From Candidatus Yanofskybacteria bacterium (GTDB lineage: Bacteria > Patescibacteriota > Minisyncoccia > 2-02-FULL-40-12 > IGHO2-01-FULL-4-A): 62,417 nucleotides of DNA. The notes under the pieces are model-generated. The model did not search any database and had not been told where the DNA came from. It saw nothing but the letters and a program-made list of their open reading frames with translations. Location: contig CAIUCV010000022.1 in the NCBI GenBank assembly GCA_903897805.1, positions 1-62,417 on the forward strand, written 5' to 3'. The position numbers were made by a program, and so were the translations under genes. Positions 25,407 to 35,866 of the stretch are shown here, in pieces. Within the stretch, counting starts at the first letter, position 1. Each line of letters begins with the position of its first letter.

Positions 25407-26618
25407 ATGGCTCGGATTATAATAAACGGGGGTAAAAAACTTAGTGGCATTTGGCATCCGTCCGGCAATAAGAATGAGGTCCTACCCTTGATTGCCGCCT
25501 CTTTGCTTTTTAGGGGCGGCTTGAAATTAAAAGATTCGCCAGATATCAGTGATGTCAGGATAATGCTTGAAATTGCTAAGACCCTAGAAAAAGGCGGAGA
25601 ATTGCCCTCTGATTTATGTTCTAAAGTCAGAGGTTCGCTGCTTTTTCTGGGACCGCTTTTAGCGACCAGGGGCAAAACAAAAATTCCGAGAAGCGGTGGT
25701 GACAAAATTGGCTTGAGAAAAATTGACGCCCATTTAGAAGTATTCAAGGCGTTTAATTGCAAAATCAATAACGACGAGGTTACGTTAGACCGAAATTTCT
25801 ATAACAATCCGCGTCCGATTACGATCTGGCTTTCTGAACCAAGCGTTACTGCCACTGAAAATGCTTTGTTGCTGACCGCTCTTCGGGAAGGAACAACTAT
25901 AATTAAAAATGCCGCCTCGGAACCCCACGTGGCAAATCTTGGCAAAGCGCTAACTAGGGGCGGAGTTAAGATTAGCGGTCTAGACACCAATCTTCTGACC
26001 ATCAGGGGTATAAAAAGATTAAAGCCGGTTACTCACACAATCGGAGAAGATTTTATGGAGTTGGGCAGCGTTCTGGTTCTGTCAGCAATTTTTGGCGGTA
26101 AAATTAAGATCAAATCTAATTCTGTTGATGACTATCCCAAGATTTTTGAAATTTTTGAAAAATTTGGGAAAAAGGTCGCATATGAAAACGGTTATCTTAG
26201 AACGGTAAACATCAAAACATCTCAAAGACCGGTTATTCATGAAATATCTAACGGCCCATGGCCCAGTTTCCCTTCCGATTTGATAAGTCCGATGGTAATC
26301 CTGGCAACCCAAAGCAGGGGGCAATTTCTTTTTCACGAGAAGATGTTTGAATCAAGGCTTTATTTTACTGACCAATTAAAAAACCTTGGCGCTCAGCTGG
26401 TTCTTTGCGACCCCCATCGGGTTTTGGTGACCGGCTCGACAAAACTGCACGGCGCTCACCTAGTCAGCCCCGATATTCGTGCCGGTATGGCTCTGGTTAT
26501 TGCCGCCCTTGCCGCCAAAGGCAAAAGCATTATTGACAATGCCGAACAGCTAGACAGGGGTTATGAAAAATTGGTAGAGAAACTTAGAGGTGTAGGAGCG
26601 GATATTAGAGAAGGGTAA
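25407..26618 (+). CDS. murA: UDP-N-acetylglucosamine 1-carboxyvinyltransferase
   Basis: EPSP-synthase-fold MurA pattern. The active-site loop reads PRSGGDKIGLRKID, with Asp where E. coli has Cys115. Confidence 0.88.
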   Translation: MARIIINGGKKLSGIWHPSGNKNEVLPLIAASLLFRGGLKLKDSPDISDVRIMLEIAKTLEKGGELPSDLCSKVRGSLLFLGPLLATRGKTKIPRSGGDKIGLRKIDAHLEVFKAFNCKINNDEVTLDRNFYNNPRPITIWLSEPSVTATENALLLTALREGTTIIKNAASEPHVANLGKALTRGGVKISGLDTNLLTIRGIKRLKPVTHTIGEDFMELGSVLVLSAIFGGKIKIKSNSVDDYPKIFEIFEKFGKKVAYENGYLRTVNIKTSQRPVIHEISNGPWPSFPSDLISPMVILATQSRGQFLFHEKMFESRLYFTDQLKNLGAQLVLCDPHRVLVTGSTKLHGAHLVSPDIRAGMALVIAALAAKGKSIIDNAEQLDRGYEKLVEKLRGVGADIREG

Positions 26619-26661
26619 TCGGCCGATTTGAATTTTTGTGATATTTTTCAATTTAAATAAC

Positions 26662-26732
26662 GGGCCCATAGTATAGCGGTAAAACACTTCCATGGCATGG
26701 AAGAGTCGGGGGTTCAACTCCCCCTGGGTCCA
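26662..26732 (+). tRNA. tRNA-Ala (anticodon GGC)
   Basis: Acceptor GGGCCCA/TGGGTCC with G3:U70, anticodon stem CTTCC/GGAAG, loop ATGGCAT. Confidence 0.88.
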
Positions 26733-26743
26733 CAAATTAAAAT

Positions 26744-27871
26744 ATGTCCAGAGCAAAACAATTTGTCAAAAAAATTCTAAGCCAGGCCGGTATTACCATT
26801 AATGGTTCTGATCCGTGGGACATCCAGGTGAAAGACGAGCGTTTTTATGACCGGGTACTGGCTGGTGGGTCACTCGCGGTCGGCGAAGCTTATATGGACG
26901 GCTGGTGGGACGCGCTACAGCTTGATGAATTTTTTGCTCGAGTATCGTCAGCGGAATTAGAAAAGAAAATTGTTCCTACTGGTGCGCTTCTTTGGGAAGC
27001 GGTGCGATCTAAAATTTTTAACTACCAGAAAAAATCTCGCGCTTTTGAAATTGGGAAACGCCACTATGACATCGGCAACGACCTCTACCAAGCCATGCTC
27101 GACAAGCGGCTTACCTACACGTGCGGTTATTGGAAAAATTTGGAACAAAAACCAGAAAATTTAGACGCTGCCCAGGAAGCAAAGCTTGACCTGGTCTGCC
27201 GGAAACTCGGGCTAAAAAATGGCGACACGGTGCTCGATATTGGCTGTGGCTGGGGTAGCTTTGCTAAATTTGCTGCTGAAAAATATGGTGCAAAGGTAAT
27301 GGGTATCACCGTCTCTAAAGAACAGGCAGAACTTGCTCGAGAACTTTGCCAGGGTTTACCAGTAGAAATTAAATTGATCGATTATCGAGAAGTAACTGGA
27401 GAATTTGACCATGTCGTTTCGCTCGGTATGTTTGAACATGTTGGCTATAAAAATTATCGCAAGTATATGAATGTGGTAAGCCGATGTTTGAAAGATAGCG
27501 GTTTATTTCTTCTCCACACTATCGGTAGCAACCAAAGCACCACTAATACCGACCCGTGGATTGAGAAATATATTTTCCCTAATTCTATGCTTCCTTCGAT
27601 TGCCCAGATTAGTAAGAGTATCGAAAAATTATTTGTGATGGAAGACTGGCACAATTTTAGTTTTTATTATTACCCCACCCTGATCGCTTGGTTTACCAAC
27701 TTCAACCGGGCTTGGCCGAAGTTAAAAGAAAAATATGGCGAGAGATTTTATCGCCAATGGAAATATTATCTCCTGGCATCAGCCGGCAACTTCAAGGCCC
27801 GCAAAAATCAATTGTGGCAAGTTGTATTATCGAAGAAAGGCGTGCCGGGCGGATACGAGCTGATTACATAA
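26744..27871 (+). CDS. cfa: cyclopropane-fatty-acyl-phospholipid synthase
   Basis: VLDIGCGWGSFAKFAAEKYGAKV SAM motif and CFA-synthase C-terminal pattern. Confidence 0.9.
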   Translation: MSRAKQFVKKILSQAGITINGSDPWDIQVKDERFYDRVLAGGSLAVGEAYMDGWWDALQLDEFFARVSSAELEKKIVPTGALLWEAVRSKIFNYQKKSRAFEIGKRHYDIGNDLYQAMLDKRLTYTCGYWKNLEQKPENLDAAQEAKLDLVCRKLGLKNGDTVLDIGCGWGSFAKFAAEKYGAKVMGITVSKEQAELARELCQGLPVEIKLIDYREVTGEFDHVVSLGMFEHVGYKNYRKYMNVVSRCLKDSGLFLLHTIGSNQSTTNTDPWIEKYIFPNSMLPSIAQISKSIEKLFVMEDWHNFSFYYYPTLIAWFTNFNRAWPKLKEKYGERFYRQWKYYLLASAGNFKARKNQLWQVVLSKKGVPGGYELIT

Positions 27872-27892
27872 AAACGGCCGATGGCCGTTTTT
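27870..27892 (+). terminator. intrinsic terminator
   Basis: AAAAACGGCC-gat-GGCCGTTTTT. Confidence 0.75.
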
Positions 27893-27941
27893 GAGTTTGA
27901 AAAAAATCGGCAATATGCTATAATAACTTTGCAACTAAAAT

Positions 27942-28472
27942 ATGCAAAAACAGCCGGATAGAAGGCCCAGATTAAATAACCAGATTCGAGAATCCCAAAT
28001 TCAGGTAATTGATTTTGATGGCAAACAGCTGGGCGTAATGACGGTTCAGGAAGCTCTTAAAATATCCAACGAGCGCGGTCTTGATTTGGTGGAGGTAGGC
28101 CCGTCTGCCAAGCCCCCGATTGCAAAAGTAATGGATTATGGTAAATATATTTACCAGAAAGAAAAGAAAGAGAGGCATTCCGGGGCCGGCAAATCCGCCG
28201 CTCAAGAGGTCAAAACCGTAAAAATCGGCTTTAAGACCGGCGTTCATGATTTGGCAATCAGGGCCGGACAAACTGATAAATTTCTTCAAAAAGGTTATCG
28301 GGTCAAAGTTGAATTGACATTGAGGGGCAGGGAAAAGGGCATGGCTGATTTGGGCCGGGTCAAACTGGGAGAGTTCTCCAAATTTATTACCGTGCCCTAT
28401 ATCATGGAAGACGCCGTTAAACGCTCACCTGCCGGCTTGGGAATGCTGATAAAGCCGGAAAATAAGAAATAA
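27942..28472 (+). CDS. infC: translation initiation factor IF-3
   Basis: INNQIRESQIQVIDFDGKQLGV... N- and C-domain pattern. First gene of infC-rpmI-rplT. Confidence 0.92.
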   Translation: MQKQPDRRPRLNNQIRESQIQVIDFDGKQLGVMTVQEALKISNERGLDLVEVGPSAKPPIAKVMDYGKYIYQKEKKERHSGAGKSAAQEVKTVKIGFKTGVHDLAIRAGQTDKFLQKGYRVKVELTLRGREKGMADLGRVKLGEFSKFITVPYIMEDAVKRSPAGLGMLIKPENKK

Positions 28473-28536
28473 TTTTGCCTTTTAGCGATTCCCCGCCAAG
28501 GCATTGACGGGGAATCGTTTATTACTAAAATCTAAA

Positions 28537-28740
28537 ATGATGAAACTAAAACTAAAAACATCAAAGTCAGCGCTCAAGCGTTTTAGATTTTCGTCAAAAG
28601 GAAAAATCCAGCGCCGGCGTGTCCATATGAATCACTTTAACGCCAAAGAAAGCGGCAGCGAGAAGCGGGACAAGAGATCGCAAAGACCACTGGCGAAGTC
28701 AAACGAGAAAGATATTAAAAATTTAATGCCTTATGCCTAG
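28537..28740 (+). CDS. rpmI: ribosomal protein L35
   Basis: MMKLKLKTSKSALKRFRFSSKGKIQRRR. Start taken at the ATG at 28537. Confidence 0.9.
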   Translation: MMKLKLKTSKSALKRFRFSSKGKIQRRRVHMNHFNAKESGSEKRDKRSQRPLAKSNEKDIKNLMPYA

Positions 28741-29089
28741 AGTCAAAAGAGGAAAAACAGCTAATAAGCGCCGCAAAAATTTGCTCAAACATGCAAAAGG
28801 TTTCATGTGGACCAGAAAGAGCAAATACCGCCAAGCGAAGGAGGCCTTGCTTCACGCATGGACTTTCCAATTTAACGACAGGCGAAAGAAAAAGGGTTAC
28901 GCCCGCCGGCTATGGCAAATCCAGATTGGCGCCGCTACCAAAATTGAAGGTCTTCCATACAACAAGTTTATCAGCGGGCTGAAAAAGGCGCATATTGAAC
29001 TGGATCGCAAAATTCTTTCCGGTCTTGCCCAAAACGAACCGGAAATTTTCAAGAAACTCGTAGAAATTTCGCAAGCTCAAACTAAATAG
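28733..29089 (+). CDS. rplT: ribosomal protein L20
   Basis: MPRVKRGKTANKRRKNLLKHAKGF. 8-nt overlap with rpmI. Confidence 0.93.
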   Translation: MPRVKRGKTANKRRKNLLKHAKGFMWTRKSKYRQAKEALLHAWTFQFNDRRKKKGYARRLWQIQIGAATKIEGLPYNKFISGLKKAHIELDRKILSGLAQNEPEIFKKLVEISQAQTK

Positions 29090-29093
29090 CAGC

Positions 29094-29132
29094 AAAACCA
29101 AAAAGCGGGCCGTAAGCCCGCTTTTTGGTTTT
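29094..29132. terminator. bidirectional terminator
   Basis: AAAACCAAAAAGCGGGC-cgtaa-GCCCGCTTTTTGGTTTT. Confidence 0.8.
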
Positions 29133-29151
29133 GTCTAAACTCTATCCTTGC

Positions 29152-29484
29152 TCATTCTCCAGCCTCCAGCTTATTCATCTCTGCCATAATTGCTTGGTAA
29201 AGTTCTTCTCTATTCTCATTCCGGGTTTGCATTCGGGCGGTTTCAAAGCTTTCAAGCGCTTCATCCGCATACCCAGCCGCAAAATACAATCGTGCTCTCC
29301 GAAGATTGAGCTCAATTGCCGCTGTTGCGGGATCGCTAGATTTTTTAACCCTGCCTTCTTGTTCCCGCGTCCAACCATCTAATAAGCTTCTGGCTTCAGG
29401 GTTTTCTACTCCCTTTTCTTCGAGCACCTGAATAAGATGCCGTTCTGCATTCTCCTTGTCCTTAAATATTGGTAATTTTTCCAT
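29152..29484 (-). CDS. hypothetical helical protein
   Basis: Intact 110-aa ORF between the terminator and tRNA-Glu. No motif recognised. Confidence 0.45.
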   Translation of the reverse strand: MEKLPIFKDKENAERHLIQVLEEKGVENPEARSLLDGWTREQEGRVKKSSDPATAAIELNLRRARLYFAAGYADEALESFETARMQTRNENREELYQAIMAEMNKLEAGE

Positions 29485-29491
29485 AATTTTG

Positions 29492-29566
29492 TAGCGCCAA
29501 CGGGATTTGAACCCGTGTTACAGGGATGAAAACCCTGCGTCCTGGACCAGGCTAGACGATGGCGCC
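29492..29566 (-). tRNA. tRNA-Glu (anticodon UUC)
   Basis: Anticodon stem CAGGG/CCCTG, loop TTTTCAT, T-arm ACGGG-TTCAAAT-CCCGT. G1-U72 wobble at the acceptor end. Confidence 0.85.
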
Positions 29567-29634
29567 ATTTTTATACTTTCAACAATTTTACCTCAAAAAT
29601 TGAAAAAAATCAAGAAAAATGGTAAAAATAGGCC

Positions 29635-30699
29635 ATGCTTATTCTCGGAATTGAAACTTCTTGCGATGAAACAGCGGCTTCTTTGGTTAAAGTCGAAAAT
29701 GGAAAAATCAAAGTCTTGTCCAGCGTGGTCTCTTCACAAGTAAAACTCCACGCAAAATACGGCGGGGTTGTCCCCTCTCTTGCCGCCCGCGAGCATGTTA
29801 AGAACCTGGGGTCCGTCTTGGAATTGACAACGAAAGGCGTCGTCCTGAAAAAGGTTGATTTAATCGCGGTTACAGCGGGGCCGGGACTGGTTTCGTCGCT
29901 TCTTGTCGGAACTGCATTCGCAAAAACTCTGGCCTGGAAATTAAACAAACCGATCATTGGAGTAAATCACGTGGAAGGACATATCTCCTCCAATTTTCTA
30001 CCGCCAATTGGAGAAGCTCATACTCTATACCCTATTCCCTATACCCTATTCCCCGCCCTCTGTCTGGTTGTTTCCGGAGGACATACTCAACTGATATTGA
30101 TGAAAGGTTTGGGCAAGTACAAAACAGTCGGGGAAACCTTGGATGACGCAGCCGGAGAAGCTTTTGATAAAATCGCCAGAATTCTTGGGCTCGGTTATCC
30201 CGGAGGTCCGGCCATCTCGGCTGCCGCTGAAAAGCTACTCACTACTCACTACAAACTACAAACTAATCTGCCACGGCCGATGATAAATTCTAAGAATTTT
30301 GATTTCTCTTTTTCCGGACTGAAAACCGCCGTTCTCTATTTAGACAGGGATTTGAAGAAAAAATTGGGCAAAAACAAACTGCCGAAAGAACTGATTTCCC
30401 AAATCGCAGCCGAAGCCCAGATGGCAATTGTAGACGTATTGGTATCTAAAACCGTAAAAGCTGCCCAAAAATACGAAGCCAAATCAATAATGCTGTCGGG
30501 CGGCGTTTCGGCAAATAAATTGCTCCGGTCGGAGTTAAAAAAGAATGCCGAGCAAAGGGAGATTAAGTACCTCCAGCCTTTACCGGAGTATACTACCGAC
30601 AACGCCGCTATGATTGCTATGGCTGGCTACCTTAATCATTCCAAAAATAGAAAAACCGACTGGCGGTCGGTTCAAGTTGACGCAAATCTAACCATCTAA
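29635..30699 (+). CDS. tsaD: tRNA N6-adenosine threonylcarbamoyltransferase
   Basis: MLILGIETSCDETAAS, HVEGH metal site, VSGGHT. Confidence 0.92.
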   Translation: MLILGIETSCDETAASLVKVENGKIKVLSSVVSSQVKLHAKYGGVVPSLAAREHVKNLGSVLELTTKGVVLKKVDLIAVTAGPGLVSSLLVGTAFAKTLAWKLNKPIIGVNHVEGHISSNFLPPIGEAHTLYPIPYTLFPALCLVVSGGHTQLILMKGLGKYKTVGETLDDAAGEAFDKIARILGLGYPGGPAISAAAEKLLTTHYKLQTNLPRPMINSKNFDFSFSGLKTAVLYLDRDLKKKLGKNKLPKELISQIAAEAQMAIVDVLVSKTVKAAQKYEAKSIMLSGGVSANKLLRSELKKNAEQREIKYLQPLPEYTTDNAAMIAMAGYLNHSKNRKTDWRSVQVDANLTI

Positions 30700-31127
30700 A
30701 GGCTGAGAAAGGATCGCAATCTCTTGGGCCAGCTTGTTTCTCCAATAGCAATGACTATAGGCCCGTCCTTGGGTGTAATTTTTTTAATTTCTCTTTTCCT
30801 TTCCCTTAGAGTCGGCAGGGGTAGCGGCATTTCCTCTTTCCGATAAATCTCCTCATTTTGGGGCACCTCCAATGGCAATACCCTGTTGCAAACATTGCAT
30901 TTTAGATAGAGCAGCCCAAAATCGGTGTAGCCATGGGGATAGTCCAACGAAACCATTTCACAATCAGGACATTTAAAGACGTAGAAAGACAAATGGCCGG
31001 TCCATCCTGGTAAAGTGAAAAAACCAACAAAGCTTGGCTTAACCGTCGTGTTTCTAACAACTTCGGGGTCAACATAGATGGCTTCTCTTGAAGCAACAAA
31101 GGTACAACCATCACATTCGTGGCCCAT
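30696..31127 (-). CDS. Cys-rich zinc-ribbon hypothetical protein
   Basis: CDGC, CPDC and CNVC pairs. SD AAGGAG lies before the ATG at 31127. Confidence 0.5.
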   Translation of the reverse strand: MGHECDGCTFVASREAIYVDPEVVRNTTVKPSFVGFFTLPGWTGHLSFYVFKCPDCEMVSLDYPHGYTDFGLLYLKCNVCNRVLPLEVPQNEEIYRKEEMPLPLPTLRERKREIKKITPKDGPIVIAIGETSWPKRLRSFLSL

Positions 31128-31191
31128 TTGAGAAACTCCTTTTTTAAGATACAATAAAAATACTGTTTTAGATTAGGATAATTACAAAAAT

Positions 31192-33260
31192 ATGTCAACA
31201 GAACTGCCAAAAGCATACAACCCAAAAGAAACCGAGGACAAAATCTACAAATTCTGGACAGATTCCGGATTTTTCACGCCCGAAAACCTGCCTGGAAAAA
31301 GAAAAGAAAAATTTGTTACTTGTATCGCTCCCCCCAATATCACTGGCGAGCTCCATATGGGCCATGCTCTTGAACTGACCTTGCAGGACATAATCGTAAG
31401 AACGAAAAGAATGCAAGGATACAAAACTCTTTGGCTTCCGGGCACGGACCACGCCGGCATTGCCGCCCAGAACGCCGTTGAAAACAATTGGCCAAAGAGG
31501 GGCTGGACAGGCACAAACTCGGCAAAGAAAAATTTCTTGAAAGAATGTGGCAGTGGAAAGAGCAATACGGGAGCGCGATTTTGAACCAATTCAAAAAATT
31601 GGGGCTTTCTTTGGATTGGACGCGCACGAGGTTTACCATGGACCCTGAATACCAAAAAGCGGTAGAAGAAGCATTCAGACACTATCACAAAAAGGGCTGG
31701 ATTTATCAGGGTGAGAGAGTGATCAATTGGTGCGTCCGCTGTTCTACTTCTATTTCGGACCTAGAGGTAAATTACGTCCCGGAAAAAACCAAACTTTATT
31801 ACATAAAATACGGACCGTTCACGCTTGCCACAACCCGGCCGGAAACAAAGCTTGGCGACACCGCGCTCGCCGTTCATCCGGACGACAAACGCTACAAAGA
31901 ATGCGTCGGCAAAAACTTAGAAATCGAATCCGTGGATAACGACATCCCGGCCGACCAGCCGGCTAAAAAGAAGAGGATAAAAATAGCGGTTGTAGCCGAT
32001 CAAGCCGTGGATCCGGAGTTTGGCACTGGCATTGTCAAGGTTACGCCGGCTCATGATATTACAGACTTTGAGATAAGTCAGAGGCACAACTTGCCATCAG
32101 TAAAAATCATTGATGAACACGGCAAGATGAGCAAAAACGCCGGCATCAGATATCAGAGCATGAAAACCGCTCAAGCCAGAGAGCAAATCGTCAAAGATTT
32201 GGAGGAATTAGGCCTGATGGAGAAAATCGAGGACTACGAACATAATATCGCCCGCTGCGACAGGTGCAATTCGGTCATAGAACCTCTGCCGTCAAAACAA
32301 TGGTTTCTGAAAATGGACGAATTGGCAAAGTTGGCCCTAGAGTCTCTTGAAAGGGGGGAAATTAAACTAATCCCCGAGCGCTGGAACATCCCATATGAAA
32401 ACTGGTTAAAAAATATCCGCGATTGGAACATTTCAAGACAACTTTGGTGGGGCCATAAAATCCCGATTGAGGACGAGGAGGATGTTTTGGATACTTGGTT
32501 CTCGTCCGCCCTTTGGCCGTTCGCGACTTTGGGTTGGCCCAAGAAGACAAAAGATTTTAAAGAATACTACCCTACCGATTTCATTACTTCCGACAGGGGT
32601 ATCCTTATCCTGTGGCAAGTACGGATGGTTTTTTCCGCCAAAGAATTCACCGGCAGAGCACCGTTTAAAAAAATTTTTATACACCCGACGATCTTAACCA
32701 AAGACGGCAAGAGAATGTCCAAATCTTTGGGCACAGGGATAAATCCGCTTGAACTGATAGAAAAATACGGAACGGATGCTTTGCGTTTCGGCCTTGCCTA
32801 TCAAACCACCGGTTTACAGGATATGCGCTTCAATGAAGATGTCATTTTAATGGGACAGAAATTTGCTAACAAGATTTGGAACATTGCCCGTTTTGTAATC
32901 GGGAAGGTGGGAGAAAATTATGAATGGAAAATATTAAAAGCCTCTGCCGACATTCGCAATGAATGGGCCGCCAAAATGGACGGCACGGCAGATTACGTTA
33001 CCGGCCAGATTGAAAAATGCAATTTTGCTGAAGCGGCCAATTGTCTTTATCATTTCGTCTGGCACGAATTTGCCGACAAGTACATTGAAGAGTCAAAAGA
33101 CAAGGAGGATTTGGATACAAAGAACACTCTCGCTTATTTATTGCTCAATTCTCTTAAACTTCTCCATCCATTCATGCCTTTTGTAACCGAGGAAATTTAT
33201 TCTAACCTCCCTCTCAAAAACAAAAAAATGCTTCTTGTGGAAGAATGGCCCCGCCCTTGA
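31192..33260 (+). pseudogene. valS: valine--tRNA ligase with its frame broken by a missing base in an A4 run
   Basis: HMGHAL (HIGH) and KMSKS are present. Frame 1 reads ...NAVENNW and then stops. Frame 0 resumes [19 protein letters not shown]. Adding one A at 31481-31484 restores VEKQLAKEG. Confidence 0.85.
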
Positions 33261-33303
33261 ACATGTCTTTCCCTTTTCAAGGGCGGGGTGTTAAAATATT
33301 TAT

Positions 33304-34056
33304 ATGGAGGGGATTTCCACGTCGGCACTCTTGGTAGGTATGGGTTTTGCCCCCAGCTTGATTTGGCTTGCCTATTATCTCAGAAAAGATCCGCGGCCAG
33401 AACCAAAATACATGATTTCGCGCGTTTTTTTTCTGGGAATAGTTTTGGCGCCTCTTGCCGTTATTGCTCAGTGGGCCTTTCAGGAAGCGGCCCTTTCGTT
33501 TCATTCTAATTTTCAGGCCTCTTCCTCCGTTGCTTTCTTTTTATGGGCGGCATTCATTGAAGAAGCGGTAAAATTCCTGCCAGTCAAGTTCGCCGTCTTA
33601 CACAACCCGGAATTTGACGAACCCGTGGACGGCATGATTTACATGATTGCGGCAGCGCTTGGATTCGCAGCAATTGAAAATATTCTGGTGCTCTTTCAGA
33701 CAATTCCCAACGGCGCCGAGCTTGCTTTGCAAACGTGGGCGTTAAGATTCGTCGGCGCCACGTTATTGCATGCGGTATCCTCGGCCATGGTGGGCTATTT
33801 TCTGGCATTGTCGTGGTTCTATCACAGACATAGCGGCAAATTAATATTCACGGGCATTGCCATTGCTTCTGTTTTTCATTTCCTATTCAACGTCACGCTT
33901 CTGAAAGGTAACGGGCCGGAGGGATTTTTTTACTCCACAATTCTGTTAATAGTTGTGGCTGTTATTATCTCTTTTCTTTTTGCCAAAATAAAAAGGCGGG
34001 CAAGCGGCACGACGGCTCAAAAGAGCAGCTTATCAACCGAGGCCGCTTTGCCCTGA
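33304..34056 (+). CDS. prsW: PrsW-family intramembrane protease
   Basis: Multi-TM protein with FIEEAVKF and HAVSSAMVGY motifs. Confidence 0.8.
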   Translation: MEGISTSALLVGMGFAPSLIWLAYYLRKDPRPEPKYMISRVFFLGIVLAPLAVIAQWAFQEAALSFHSNFQASSSVAFFLWAAFIEEAVKFLPVKFAVLHNPEFDEPVDGMIYMIAAALGFAAIENILVLFQTIPNGAELALQTWALRFVGATLLHAVSSAMVGYFLALSWFYHRHSGKLIFTGIAIASVFHFLFNVTLLKGNGPEGFFYSTILLIVVAVIISFLFAKIKRRASGTTAQKSSLSTEAALP

Positions 34057-34127
34057 TAAAATTCGCCCGGTCAAATAATTTTAATTATCCACCTCCTATT
34101 TGACGGGATAAATGGTATAATTAGGGA

Positions 34128-34541
34128 ATGGATGACTTCTTTGGAGAACAATTGGACGGTGATGAGGCCTCGCTGACAGCGACCAAAAGCGTCAGCAAGA
34201 CAAAGCAAAAAGAAGAAGAAGGCCAACTAACCGTAGACGTCTATCAGACCGATGACGAAATCGTCATAAAATCAACTATTGCCGGAGTAACCGCCGACGA
34301 TTTGGACATTTCCATCACGAACGATATGGTAACCATTAAAGGCAGCCGCAGCTCTGAGGAAAAAATCAAACAACCGGATTATTATTATCAAGAACTGTAT
34401 TGGGGAGCATTTTCGCGGTCAGTCATACTCCCCGAGGAGATAGATGCCGACAACGCAAAGGCATCAATGAAGAATGGGGTTCTGACTATAAGGTTGCCCA
34501 AACTGGCGAAAAGCAGGACTAAGAAAATTAAGATAACATAA
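34128..34541 (+). CDS. Hsp20/alpha-crystallin small heat-shock protein
   Basis: VDVYQTDDEIVIKSTIAGV...GVLTIRLPK alpha-crystallin domain. Confidence 0.9.
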   Translation: MDDFFGEQLDGDEASLTATKSVSKTKQKEEEGQLTVDVYQTDDEIVIKSTIAGVTADDLDISITNDMVTIKGSRSSEEKIKQPDYYYQELYWGAFSRSVILPEEIDADNAKASMKNGVLTIRLPKLAKSRTKKIKIT

Positions 34542-34566
34542 GTCGCCTAATCAGCCGATTGGACGA

Positions 34567-34604
34567 CAACATCGCCCGGCTTACCAGTCGGGCGTTGTTG
34601 TTTT
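34567..34604 (+). terminator. intrinsic terminator
   Basis: CAACATCGCCCG-loop-CGGGCGTTGTTG followed by TTTT. Confidence 0.65.
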
Positions 34605-34656
34605 AATAGCTAGTCGGTCAACTAGCAGCCGCTTTGTGTTAAAATAAGAATAGTAA

Positions 34657-35862
34657 ATGAAATCCACGGAGAAAACCTGGGTTGGGATAACGATAGCACT
34701 GGCAATCCCCGTAATTTTAGGGCTGGCTTTCGTGTACGGTCAAATTTACTTTCTTAACAGGCAAAGCGCTGCGTCTTTTACGCCAATAACTACAAATAGC
34801 ATTGTCAGCACTAAATTGGCGGATCTTACCGATAAGGGGTTAGTCCTCGTCTTTAAAGAAAAGAGATTTATCGTCAGTCCTGAAGAGTTCAAAATGTGGG
34901 TTGAAAAATATAACCGCTCTTTTACCGGCAAACAAGAATACAGAATCAACCAGCAAAAAATTACATCATACCTGGAAAATATCGCAAAAGAAATAAACGT
35001 TCCTCCGCTCGACGCCCGTTTTTCTGTAAACAACGGTAAAATCACAGAATTTTCGACAGCTCAAAGAGGTCAGCTTCTGAATGTCCCGGAGTCGCGGGCC
35101 AATATAATTTCGGCTCTCACGCAAAACACAAATTCCTTAGCCAAGACTCCTAATGGCGAAAGCATGGTAGATCTGGTAATTGACGAGATAGAACCGAAAC
35201 TTACTCTTGATAAGGTCAACGATCTTGGCATAAACACCCTGCTTGGCCGCGGTGAATCAAATTTCACCGGTTCGCCAAATCCGCGAATCCACAATATCGA
35301 CATAGGCGCAAAAACATTCAGCGGGGTGCTTTTGGGGCCCGGGCAGGAATTTTCTTTCAATCAGACGCTGGGAACCATTGACGCTTCATCCGGCTACTTG
35401 CCGGAGCTTGTCATTAAAGGCGGCAAAATAATACCAGAATATGGCGGCGGGCTCTGTCAGGTATCAACCACTCTTTTTAGGGCGGCCGTAGCGTCAGGGC
35501 TGGTTATATTGGAACGCCATCCCCACTCAATACCTGTCCGCTACTACAATCCCCAAGGATTTGACGCCGCGATTTACCCCGGCGTCTCTGACCTCAAATT
35601 TAAAAATGACACTCCTGCCTATATTTTAATTCAATCAAGCATTTCCGGCTCTAAATTGTATTTTGAAATTTACGGCACAAGCGACGGCCGAAAGGTGGCA
35701 ATTGACGGCCCGCATCAGTACGACATTAAATCAAGCGGGGCACTCAAGGCAGTTCTAACGCGGACAATTACCTATGTGGATGGAACAGAAAAAAAAGACG
35801 TGTTCAATTCGTCTTACCAATCAAATTCGGCGTTTGTGACGATTAGAAATCCGCTTGAGTAA
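34657..35862 (+). CDS. VanW-family protein
   Basis: N-terminal TM helix and VanW core GGGLCQVSTTLFRAA. Confidence 0.85.
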   Translation: MKSTEKTWVGITIALAIPVILGLAFVYGQIYFLNRQSAASFTPITTNSIVSTKLADLTDKGLVLVFKEKRFIVSPEEFKMWVEKYNRSFTGKQEYRINQQKITSYLENIAKEINVPPLDARFSVNNGKITEFSTAQRGQLLNVPESRANIISALTQNTNSLAKTPNGESMVDLVIDEIEPKLTLDKVNDLGINTLLGRGESNFTGSPNPRIHNIDIGAKTFSGVLLGPGQEFSFNQTLGTIDASSGYLPELVIKGGKIIPEYGGGLCQVSTTLFRAAVASGLVILERHPHSIPVRYYNPQGFDAAIYPGVSDLKFKNDTPAYILIQSSISGSKLYFEIYGTSDGRKVAIDGPHQYDIKSSGALKAVLTRTITYVDGTEKKDVFNSSYQSNSAFVTIRNPLE

Positions 35863-35866
35863 AATG

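Noticed and set aside
31477-31491. Programmed -1 ribosomal frameshift in valS.
   Set aside because: There is no X-XXY-YYZ slippery heptamer and no obvious downstream pseudoknot. A one-base homopolymer miscall explains it more simply.
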